Of a stretch of DNA of 64,000 bases, positions 39,299 through 47,621 are shown in pieces. Each line of letters opens with the position of its first letter. Position 1 is the first letter of the stretch. The position numbers and the translations under genes were made by a program. The notes beneath the pieces are model-generated. The model was not told where the DNA came from and did not search any database. It was given only the letters and a program-made list of their open reading frames with translations. The stretch lies in contig JAJBVG010000083.1 of assembly GCA_020859945.1 (NCBI GenBank), positions 21,659 through 85,658 on the forward strand, written 5' to 3'. The stretch is from Clostridiales bacterium. GTDB lineage: Bacteria; Bacillota; Clostridia; Oscillospirales; Oscillospiraceae.

Positions 39299-40750
39299 AT
39301 GAAACACAACTGGAACCGTTTGACTGCGCTGATTTTGGCGCTGTCCATGTGTGTGAGCCTGCTGTCCGCGACGACGTGGGCAGCGGATGTGGAAACGGAA
39401 GCCGCCGTTGACGAGGTCGTGGCCGGGGAGACACTGGAGGCTGAGGAGGAACCGGAGGAGGAATCCGCCGGAGAAACCGAGGAGACCGTACCCGTTGCGG
39501 CTGAAGGACTGGAGGAGGAAGTCACGGTTTCCGCCGCAGAGGAGGAGAACGAGGACACGCAAGTTGACCCTTCTGTGGTTGACCTCTCCACCTATACCGT
39601 CACCGTTGCTGACACCACCTATACCGGCTCCGCACTGACCCCCGCCGTCACGGTCACTGACGAGGAGGGCAACATTCTGACCGGGGACACGGATTACACT
39701 GTCTCTTACAGCGACAACACCGATGCAGGCACCGGCACGGTCATCGTCACCGGCATAGGCAGTTACACCGGCGCCGCCACCGCTGAATTCACCATCGCCA
39801 AGGCCAGCCAGACTGTCACCGCCAGCGTCGGTTCCTCCAGCATCTATGCTGGGAAAACAACTACCATCACTGCCAGCACCACCGGCGACGGCACAATTAC
39901 CTATACCTCGTCCGATACGTCTGTCGCCACTGTCACCAGCGGGGGCAAAGTCACCGGCAAAAAGCCCGGGACGGTGAAAATCACCGTCAAAGCCGCCAGC
40001 AGCGACAATTATAAGTCTGCCAGTAAAACGGTGAAAATCACCGTCAAGCTAAACAAGACCACCATTTCCAGCCTGACCAACACCAGCAAGGGTGTTACCG
40101 TCAAGTGGAGCAAGGTCACTGGAGCCTCCGGTTACTACATCTATCGGAACAACAAGCAGGTAAAGAAAATCACCAGCGGCAGCACTGTCAGCTACACCGA
40201 CACCGGGGCCAAAACCAACGGCGCCAAGTACCAGTACAAGGTCTACGCCTACTATGGCTCTACGAAGAGCGCGGCATCCTCTGTAAAAACCACTTATTAC
40301 GTTTCCGGGGTCAGCCTTTCCAGCCTGAAGAGCAGCGCAGCCAAGAAGATGACCGTCAAGTGGAAGAAAAACGCCAAGGCCAGCGGCTATCAAATTCAAT
40401 ATTCCACCAGCAGCAGTTTCTCCAGCTATAAGACGGCGTCCGTCAGCAAAGCGTCTACCGTCAGCAAGACCATTTCCAGCCTGACCGGTGGAAAGACCTA
40501 TTATGTGCGGGTCCGGGCCTACAAGACCGTCTCCGGCACCAAGTATTACTCAGCCTGGAGCAGCAAAAAGAGTGTGAAAGTGAAGGGAAGCTCCAGTTCA
40601 TCCAGCAGCTCCAGCACAGTGTATATCACAGAAACCGGGACAAAGTACCACCGCGATGGCTGCCGGTATTTGTCAAGCAGCAAAATTTCCATCAGCCGCT
40701 CTAAGGCCATTGCCCAGGGTTACACGGCCTGCTCGGTCTGTGATCCCTGA
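39299..40750 (+). CDS. Cell-surface protein: signal peptide, acidic region, Ig-like/Big_2-like and FN3-like modules, poly-Ser, and a C-terminal Cys/His motif
   Basis: It shares module types with the S8 protein. The last FN3-like module is about 80% identical at the DNA level to 38900-39150. The C-terminus reads YHRDGCRYL...GYTACSVCDP. Confidence 0.8.
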   Translation: MKHNWNRLTALILALSMCVSLLSATTWAADVETEAAVDEVVAGETLEAEEEPEEESAGETEETVPVAAEGLEEEVTVSAAEEENEDTQVDPSVVDLSTYTVTVADTTYTGSALTPAVTVTDEEGNILTGDTDYTVSYSDNTDAGTGTVIVTGIGSYTGAATAEFTIAKASQTVTASVGSSSIYAGKTTTITASTTGDGTITYTSSDTSVATVTSGGKVTGKKPGTVKITVKAASSDNYKSASKTVKITVKLNKTTISSLTNTSKGVTVKWSKVTGASGYYIYRNNKQVKKITSGSTVSYTDTGAKTNGAKYQYKVYAYYGSTKSAASSVKTTYYVSGVSLSSLKSSAAKKMTVKWKKNAKASGYQIQYSTSSSFSSYKTASVSKASTVSKTISSLTGGKTYYVRVRAYKTVSGTKYYSAWSSKKSVKVKGSSSSSSSSSTVYITETGTKYHRDGCRYLSSSKISISRSKAIAQGYTACSVCDP

Positions 40751-40798
40751 CACGCAGGAGCGGGAACCAAATTCGTTTTCCAGCAAAACACGCAAAGA

Positions 40799-40845
40799 GG
40801 GGAGCGTTGCAGATTTTCTGTTCTGCAACGCTCCCGTTTGTTGCG
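40799..40845. terminator. REP-like hairpin/terminator, second copy (inverted relative to 29987-30028)
   Basis: GGGGAGCGTTGCAG-loop-CTGCAACGCTCCC. The reverse complement matches the 29987 copy in the stem, most of the loop and the flanking TCTTTGCG. Confidence 0.7.
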
Positions 40846-40926
40846 AAATGTTCAGATGGGAATAATATACAATTGAAAAGTATCAAGGTTTGACAGGGAA
40901 ACCTGTAAGTATTGTGACAAATTGTC

Positions 40927-40960
40927 AAGCTGTTGCATAAAATGCAACAGCTTATTTCTG
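40927..40960 (+). terminator. Second hairpin downstream of the surface-protein gene
   Basis: 11 bp stem AAGCTGTTGCA/TGCAACAGCTT with a T-rich tail. Confidence 0.5.
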
Positions 40961-41170
40961 TCTGGTTTTTCCAGAATTGGAACAAAAATGCAAAACTTCC
41001 GTTTTTCGTCTTTTTGCCCATTGTTTACAGTTTATTCACATATTCTTTTGTCTAAAAATCCATAATTTGTCCTCGTTTGCCCCCTTGAAAATTTGAATAA
41101 ATCTGATAAAATAAGCGTGTTCGCCCTTAGAGGCGACATTTCACCGCACTTTTGACGAAGGAGAACCAAC

Positions 41171-41734
41171 ATGGAACTGACACGGGAAAAGGCGCTGTCC
41201 TTGATCCTCAGGGCGTACAGTCCCTGCTACGACTTGGCGTATGTGGACGAGAAGGAGGCCCCGCTGGTGGCCACCGCCGCGTTCCACGAGCACGACACTG
41301 GCTATGTGTTGACACAGCGGGCCACAATGTGGACGGCTGACCGCCACGAATATGTCTACCTGTTCTCTGTGCCTCACCTGACCCTGGAGTTGTACCAGTC
41401 CTGTCTGGCAAAGGCCCGCGAATTGGGCGAGCCGCTGGTGGACCCCGCGCCGGGCCACATGAGTACCAACATCGTGGCGCTGTTCCTCTGCGACAGCGCC
41501 GACGAGGACGCGGTCAAGGCGCTCAGGAAGTGCCATATCCAAAAATGTTTTCAATTTTCGCTGCGTGGCTGGATGGAGGTTCACACGGCCCTGGTCGAAC
41601 TGGGGAAGGATTCCTTCACGGCCAACTTCGCCGGTCATAACACAGCGAAATTTTTGAAAAATGTGCTGCATCCCAAGGTGCGGCGCAAACCATTTCCCTA
41701 TCGAAAGAAAGTAAGGAGTGTAGAAAAACCATGA
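41171..41734 (+). CDS. Hypothetical protein, translationally coupled to cstA
   Basis: 187 aa with GAAGGAG upstream. Its stop overlaps the cstA start (ATGA). Confidence 0.6.
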   Translation: MELTREKALSLILRAYSPCYDLAYVDEKEAPLVATAAFHEHDTGYVLTQRATMWTADRHEYVYLFSVPHLTLELYQSCLAKARELGEPLVDPAPGHMSTNIVALFLCDSADEDAVKALRKCHIQKCFQFSLRGWMEVHTALVELGKDSFTANFAGHNTAKFLKNVLHPKVRRKPFPYRKKVRSVEKP

Positions 41735-43434
41735 ATTCACTGGTACTTCTGATCATCGGCATCGCCGTTTTGGTCTGCGGCTACATTTTTTACGGCGGCT
41801 GGCTGTGCAAGCAGTGGGGCGTTGGTGAAACCGATGAAGAGACCCCTGCGCACACCATGGAAGACGGCGTAGACTACGTCCCCGCCAAAGCCCCCGTACT
41901 GATGGGCCATCACTTTTCCTCCATTGCTGGCGCCGGCCCCATCACCGGCCCCATCAACGCCGCCGCGTTTGGCTGGCTGCCTGTCACCCTTTGGGTGCTG
42001 ATCGGCGGCATCTTCTTCGGCGGTGTGCATGATTTCGGCGCCCTGTTCGCCTCCGTGCGGCACAAGGGCCAGTCCATCGGTGAGATCATCGCCACCACCA
42101 TGGGCCGCCGTGCCAAGCGCCTGTTCCTGATCTTCGCTTACCTAACCCTGGTTCTGGTGGTGGCCGCTTTCGCCTCCATCGTGGCCGGCACCTTCGCTGC
42201 CACCGTGGACGAGACCACCGGCCTCATCGACAAGGCCGCCTCCGCCTCCGCCGCTTCTGTGGCTATGATCTCCCTGATGTTCATTGTGGTCGCCATTCTG
42301 TTCGGCTTCCTGGTCTATCGCCGGGGCGCTTCCATGGGCGTCTGCACCATCGTCGGCATCCTCGCCATCTGCGTCTGCATGGGCGTGGGCATGAACTTCC
42401 ACCCCATCTACCTGACCAACTCCACCTGGATGATCATCATCGGCATCTACATCGCCATCGCTTCTGTGGCTCCTGTGTGGATCCTGCTCCAGCCCCGTGA
42501 CTACCTGTCCTCTTTCCTGCTGTACGCCATGCTGGCCGTGGCTCTGGTGGGCGTCATCGGCGCGCACCCCTCCATGGATGCCATGCCCATGTTCGGCGGC
42601 TTCAACGTGAATGGTTCTTATCTGTTCCCCGTTCTGTTCACCACCGTGGCCTGCGGCGCCATTTCTGGTTTCCACTCCCTGGTCTCCTCCGGCACCACTT
42701 CCAAGCAGCTGGACAAAGAGACCGACGCCAAGCCCATCGCCTACGGCGGTATGCTGCTGGAGTGCGTGCTGGCCATCCTGACCCTGTGCGCTGTCGCTTA
42801 CTCCTATAAGGTCAACGGCGGCACCCTGGACGGCCTGGGCGCTGTCGGCATCTTCGCCGGCGGTATCTCCAAGATGGTCGCCACCATCCCCGGCCTGGCT
42901 GGGGCTGAGGGTATCCTCTACAAGCTGCTGAGCCTGGCTTATTCCGCTTTCTGCCTGACCTCTCTGGACACCGCCACCCGTCTGGCCCGCTTCATGTTCC
43001 AGGAACTGTGGGTCGATGAGGGCGAGGAGCCTACCGGCTACAAGAAGGTCCTGTCCAACACCTATGTCGCCACCATCATCTCCGTGGTGCTGGGCGTCGG
43101 CCTGGGCATGACCGGCTACGCCAAGATTTGGGGCCTGTTCGGTGCTGCCAACCAGCTGCTGGCTGGCCTGGGCCTGCTGGCCGTCGCCACCTGGCTGGGC
43201 AACATCGGCAAGAACAACAAGATGTTCCTGTTCCCCATGGGCTTCATGCTGGTCGTCACCATTTGCAGCCTGCTGCTGACTATTAAGACCCAGTTCGGTC
43301 TCATCACCGCCGGCGGCGCTGACTGGGGCCCCTACGCCCAGGTCATCATCGCCTGTCTGCTGGTGGTCCTGGCCGTCATCCTGGCGATTGAGGGCATTCA
43401 GACCCTGACCAAGCAGGCGAAGGCGAAAGCCTGA
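41731..43434 (+). CDS. cstA: Carbon starvation protein A (CstA family peptide/pyruvate transporter)
   Basis: 567 aa polytopic protein with the HHFSSIAGAGPITGPI signature. Confidence 0.9.
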   Translation: MNSLVLLIIGIAVLVCGYIFYGGWLCKQWGVGETDEETPAHTMEDGVDYVPAKAPVLMGHHFSSIAGAGPITGPINAAAFGWLPVTLWVLIGGIFFGGVHDFGALFASVRHKGQSIGEIIATTMGRRAKRLFLIFAYLTLVLVVAAFASIVAGTFAATVDETTGLIDKAASASAASVAMISLMFIVVAILFGFLVYRRGASMGVCTIVGILAICVCMGVGMNFHPIYLTNSTWMIIIGIYIAIASVAPVWILLQPRDYLSSFLLYAMLAVALVGVIGAHPSMDAMPMFGGFNVNGSYLFPVLFTTVACGAISGFHSLVSSGTTSKQLDKETDAKPIAYGGMLLECVLAILTLCAVAYSYKVNGGTLDGLGAVGIFAGGISKMVATIPGLAGAEGILYKLLSLAYSAFCLTSLDTATRLARFMFQELWVDEGEEPTGYKKVLSNTYVATIISVVLGVGLGMTGYAKIWGLFGAANQLLAGLGLLAVATWLGNIGKNNKMFLFPMGFMLVVTICSLLLTIKTQFGLITAGGADWGPYAQVIIACLLVVLAVILAIEGIQTLTKQAKAKA

Positions 43435-43475
43435 ACCTCGGCTTGACACAACTCCCTTCCTTCCCACGGAAGTTT

Positions 43476-43510
43476 GGGCGGTATCCGAAATGGATACCGC
43501 CCCTTTTGTT
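43476..43510 (+). terminator. Intrinsic terminator of cstA
   Basis: 11 bp stem GGGCGGTATCC/GGATACCGCCC followed by a T-rich run. Confidence 0.8.
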
Positions 43511-43635
43511 TGGCTGTGGGTTTGTGTTGTAGTTGCAAATGGGGCTTGAATCAGCCCTATTTTCTGCGGGAAATTCCTCGTCACGCCTTTATGTGGCGGC
43601 GGAGGGGTAATTGCACATTGCACATTTCTAATTGC

Positions 43636-44142
43636 TCATTGTTCCCTGTGCCGCCCGAATCCCAGCAGCCGCCAGAAACCGCCCAGCAGCATGATAATGA
43701 CCAGCGCCACCAGCACGCCGGTCACGCCGCCGCCGAAGTCGATCCACACGTCCCGGACGGAGCCGTTGCGGTTGGCTACGTAGGTTTGCAGGGTTTCATC
43801 CATGTTGGCAACCAGCAGCACCAGAAACAGCGGCCAGCTGATGTGGCGGATGTAGTGCCGGGTGTAGACCCGAAGGCAGAGGGTGAACCAGAAGGCCAGC
43901 AGCGCATATTCCGCGAAGTGGGCCAGCTTGCGCACCACCGCCTCGGTCAAAGACAGCCCAATGGGGGACAGGCAGCGGTTGAGCAGGGCAGTGACCTCCT
44001 GGCTTCGGAGCGAGGAAGCTGCGCCGATTTCCAGAGAGTTGGAAAAGATGAACACCGTGGTGCCGACGGCAAAAAACGTAAAAACCACGCGGAACAGCAG
44101 CAGTAAAAAGCGCGCAAGGGCGGAAGGGCGTGAGCCAGCCAT
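43636..44142 (-). CDS. VanZ family membrane protein
   Basis: 168 aa with 4-5 TM segments and the VRKLAHFAEYALLAF motif. Confidence 0.75.
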   Translation of the reverse strand: MAGSRPSALARFLLLLFRVVFTFFAVGTTVFIFSNSLEIGAASSLRSQEVTALLNRCLSPIGLSLTEAVVRKLAHFAEYALLAFWFTLCLRVYTRHYIRHISWPLFLVLLVANMDETLQTYVANRNGSVRDVWIDFGGGVTGVLVALVIIMLLGGFWRLLGFGRHREQ

Positions 44143-44351
44143 AGGAAAAGTCCTTTCTGTGAAGTGCGGGCCGGGAGGCCCTGGGTGGATGCGTTATATG
44201 ACTTGCATTATATCCGCTGAAACGGGGGAAAACAAGTCCCCATGGACGAGGAAGGCATTTTTTTCATGAAATTTTAACGGATGAATTTCAGGTTGTCATT
44301 TGGGTGGTTTTCTGCTACAATCAAAGCATCATTAGCAAGAGGAGCAACGGT

Positions 44352-44612
44352 ATGGGTATCTCACAGGAAAAAATCGACCGCATCAACGCCCTGGCCCGCA
44401 AGAGCAAGGTCGAACCTCTGACGGCGGAGGAGAAAGCGGAGCAGGCCGCCCTGCGGCAGGAATATGTGGCGGCGGTGCGCACCTCCCTCCGGGGGCAACT
44501 GGACAACACCTACGTCGTGGACTCTAAAACCGGGGAGAGGTTAGGCGTCCGGGAGGCCAACCGCAAGGCCCATCAGCAGGGAAAACCCGGTGTGAAAATC
44601 AAATTGAAATAA
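44352..44612 (+). CDS. UPF0291/DUF896 (YnzC-like) small protein
   Basis: ATG at 44352 after AGAGGAG. IDRINALARKSK..LTAEEKAEQAALRQEY resembles B. subtilis YnzC. Confidence 0.75.
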   Translation: MGISQEKIDRINALARKSKVEPLTAEEKAEQAALRQEYVAAVRTSLRGQLDNTYVVDSKTGERLGVREANRKAHQQGKPGVKIKLK

Positions 44613-44844
44613 GCGCGAACGAAAAACAAACCCTCCGTCCGTATGACCGGGCAGAGGGCTTGTTTTTAAGGAAGGAATATAATGAAAAAGAGAGAGGCAC
44701 AATCAACAAGAGGGAGATTCATTGATTGCTTGTATGTATCTTAGCACAGCCCGCTCCGGAATGTTTGAAGGGTTTGCAAAGAAAATATGAATCTTTTGTG
44801 AATGTTGCGTTTTGTCGCCATGCTGTCCCGTTGGGAGGAAATTT

Positions 44845-45579
44845 ATGCAAAAAACGGTTTTGATTACCGGCGCCAGTCGTGGCATCGGCGCGGCGACGGC
44901 CCGCCGCTTCGCCCGGGAGGGCTGGCGGGTTGCCGTCCACTACCACCGCTCAGAGGAGAAGGCCCAGGCCCTGTGCCGAGCGCTGGAACCGACGGCGTTC
45001 CCCGTCCGGGCGGACGTTTCCAGCGCCGAACAGGTGAACGCCATGGTGGAAACTGTGCTGGACGCTTTCGGCCAGTTGGACGCGCTGGTGTGCTGCGCCG
45101 GGATCGCCCTGCCGGTGGGCCTGCTCCAGGACTGCACTGATGAGGACTGGGCGCGGGTGTTCGCCGTGGACGTGAACGGGGTGTTTTACCCCGTTCGGGC
45201 GGTGCTGCCCCACATGATCCGCCGCCAGGCGGGACGCATCATCACCGTGTCCTCCATGTGGGGGCAGGTGGGCGGTTCCTGCGAGGTGCCTTACTCCGCC
45301 GCCAAGGGTGCGGTCATCAGCTTTACGAAAGCTCTGGCCAAGGAGATCGGCCCCAGCCACATCACCGCCAACTGCATCGCCCCCGGCGTGATTCAGACAG
45401 ATATGCTCGCCGAGTTCTCCCAGGAGACGCTGGACGGCCTGGCAGAGGACACTCCCCTGGGGAGGCTGGGAACGCCGGAGGATGTGGCGAACCTGGCCTG
45501 TTTTCTGGCGGGGAAGGAGGCCGGATTTATTACCGGTCAGGTGTTTGGGGTCAACGGGGGCCTTGTCTGCGGGGGATAA
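44845..45579 (+). CDS. SDR family oxidoreductase (3-oxoacyl-ACP reductase FabG-like)
   Basis: ATG after GGGAGGA. Motifs TGASRGIG and YSAAKGAV. Confidence 0.8.
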   Translation: MQKTVLITGASRGIGAATARRFAREGWRVAVHYHRSEEKAQALCRALEPTAFPVRADVSSAEQVNAMVETVLDAFGQLDALVCCAGIALPVGLLQDCTDEDWARVFAVDVNGVFYPVRAVLPHMIRRQAGRIITVSSMWGQVGGSCEVPYSAAKGAVISFTKALAKEIGPSHITANCIAPGVIQTDMLAEFSQETLDGLAEDTPLGRLGTPEDVANLACFLAGKEAGFITGQVFGVNGGLVCGG

Positions 45580-45657
45580 CGCTGCATCCCAGAAAAAGTT
45601 GCGCCGGGGCGCAAAAAGCGGTACAATAGACGCACCACAGAAACGGAGGCTGCCGCC

Positions 45658-46014
45658 ATGGACGTCATCACACGCCACCAGCTCCGCCCGGAGCATTTGA
45701 ACCACCATAACACCCTCTACGCCGGTCAAATCATGGATTGGATGGCGGAGGCCGCCTTCATCGCCACCGCCCAGCTGCGCCGCCGCACCGACCACATCGT
45801 CATGGCCGGGGCGGAGAATATCCGCCTGCTGCGGCCCATGGTGCCGGGAGAGATCCTGGAGCTGGGAGTGGAATCGGTGGCACTGGGCGTGACCAGCATC
45901 CACCTGCACATCCAGGGGCGGGAGCTGCTCAGCGGGGCCTTGTGCTGCGCCGGGGAGTTGGTGTTCGTCACCGTGGACGACGAGGGGAAGAAGTGTCCCC
46001 ACGGGCTGGAATGA
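45658..46014 (+). CDS. Acyl-CoA thioesterase (hotdog fold)
   Basis: 118 aa. LNHHNTLYAGQIMDWMAEAA is typical of YciA/4HBT-type thioesterases. Confidence 0.65.
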   Translation: MDVITRHQLRPEHLNHHNTLYAGQIMDWMAEAAFIATAQLRRRTDHIVMAGAENIRLLRPMVPGEILELGVESVALGVTSIHLHIQGRELLSGALCCAGELVFVTVDDEGKKCPHGLE

Positions 46015-46115
46015 GGGCAGCACCACGCCCAAAATGAGGTTTGCAAATCCAGTGCCGCTGTGGTAAGATAAGAAATCATTAATATTGACATTTATGGGTT
46101 GCCGGGAGAAAAGTT

Positions 46116-47099
46116 ATGACCATCAACGAAATTGCAAAAATGGCGGGCGTGTCCAACGCCGCCGTCTCCCGCTACCTGAACGGGGGCAGCCTGAGCCAGG
46201 AGAAACGGGAGCGCATCAAGGCAGTCATCGACGAGACCGGCTACCAGCCGGACACCTACGCCCAAATGCTGCGCACCCGGAAGGTCCGGCAAATCGGCGT
46301 CATCGTGCCCAAAATCAACTCCACCGCCGTGGCGGAGGCGACAGCGGGCATCAGCGATGTGCTCAACCGGGAAAACTATATGTTCCTGCTGGCAAACACC
46401 GACAACGATGAGAAAAAGGAACTGGAGTACCTGAGCCTCTTCGGGGCCAACCGGGTGGCGGGGGTCATCCTGCTGGCTACGGTCATCACGCCGGAGCATG
46501 AGGAAATGCTGTCCCATATGCGTATCCCGGTGGTGCTGGTGGGCCAGCGGCACCGGCAGTTCCCCTGCGTCTACCACAACGACTACGAGGCCGCCAGAGA
46601 GCTGGACGAGCTGGTGTTGAAAAAGGGCCGCCGCCGCATTGGATACATCGGCGTCACCCAGCGGGACGTGGCAGTGGGGTATCTGCGCCGGAAAGCCCTG
46701 GTGGATGCCTGCCGGGAGTACGGCATTGCGGAGGATGAAATCTGCTTCGCCGAAGGGGACTTCGGCCACAGCAGCGGCTACGAACAGACCCGGCTGCTGC
46801 TGGAGCGGGACCCCGCGCTGGACGCCATCATTTGTGCCACTGACACCGCAGCCATCGGCGCCATTCAGACCGCCCGGCAGATGGGACGGCGGGTGCCGGA
46901 GGACCTCTCCGTGGTGGGCATTGGGGACAGCTGGCCTTGCCAGGTGGTGGAACCGGCGTTGACCACCGCCCATTACTTTTACGAGGAGAGTGGCCGGGAG
47001 GCCGCACGGATGATGCTCTCTCTGCTGGAGGGAGAGGGGAACGGCCCCGTGCGGCAGACCATGCTGGGGTATGAGCTGAAGCTGCGGGATTCGCTGTGA
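46116..47099 (+). CDS. LacI family transcriptional regulator
   Basis: N-terminal HTH MTINEIAKMAGVSNAAVSRYLNG, followed by a periplasmic-binding-protein-like effector domain. Confidence 0.9.
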   Translation: MTINEIAKMAGVSNAAVSRYLNGGSLSQEKRERIKAVIDETGYQPDTYAQMLRTRKVRQIGVIVPKINSTAVAEATAGISDVLNRENYMFLLANTDNDEKKELEYLSLFGANRVAGVILLATVITPEHEEMLSHMRIPVVLVGQRHRQFPCVYHNDYEAARELDELVLKKGRRRIGYIGVTQRDVAVGYLRRKALVDACREYGIAEDEICFAEGDFGHSSGYEQTRLLLERDPALDAIICATDTAAIGAIQTARQMGRRVPEDLSVVGIGDSWPCQVVEPALTTAHYFYEESGREAARMMLSLLEGEGNGPVRQTMLGYELKLRDSL

Positions 47100-47181
47100 G
47101 CGTGTGAAACCAATCGCGCCCGGATACGGGACGAGAGGATATATCTTAAAATGGCAGAAGCCAGTAAGGGAGGCAATCATC

Positions 47182-47547
47182 GTGGAGCTAAAGCGCGCAA
47201 AGGAAATACTGGAGCTTTTGGCAGACGGCACAGACCCCATGACCGGGGAACTGCTGCCCGATGACCATGTTTGCAACGAGCCGGATGTGGTGCGGGCGTT
47301 GCACACCGTCCTCCGAAATGCCCCAGAAAAGAAAAATCGGAATTTGCCCGCCAATGCCGGTCAGCCGTGGACAGAGGAAGCGGACAACGCTCTGCGGGAC
47401 ATGTTTCTGCGCGGCTGCACCAATCGGGAGATACAAAACTATTTTCAGCGGACAGAGGGCGCAATCTCCGCCCGTTTGGTGAAGCTGGGGCTGATTGCAA
47501 ACCGCGACGAATTTCGGCTGAGAACGAATAGGGCCTCAATGATATGA
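47182..47547 (+). CDS. Hypothetical small protein with a SANT/Myb- or sigma-region-4-like HTH at the C-terminus
   Basis: GTG at 47182 preceded by AGGGAGG. The relevant segment is WTEEADNALRDMFLRGCTNREIQNYFQRTEGAISARLVKLGL. Confidence 0.5.
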   Translation: MELKRAKEILELLADGTDPMTGELLPDDHVCNEPDVVRALHTVLRNAPEKKNRNLPANAGQPWTEEADNALRDMFLRGCTNREIQNYFQRTEGAISARLVKLGLIANRDEFRLRTNRASMI

Positions 47548-47556
47548 TGCAATAGA

Positions 47557-47594
47557 AACGCGCAGGAATCCAAACGGAAACCTGCGCGTTTTTG
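47557..47594. terminator. Bidirectional intrinsic terminator
   Basis: Stem AACGCGCAGG/CCTGCGCGTT, flanked by an A-run and a T-run. It lies between convergent genes. Confidence 0.75.
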
Positions 47595-47621
47595 CTGCTT
47601 TTCAGGGAGTTGTTGAACGAA

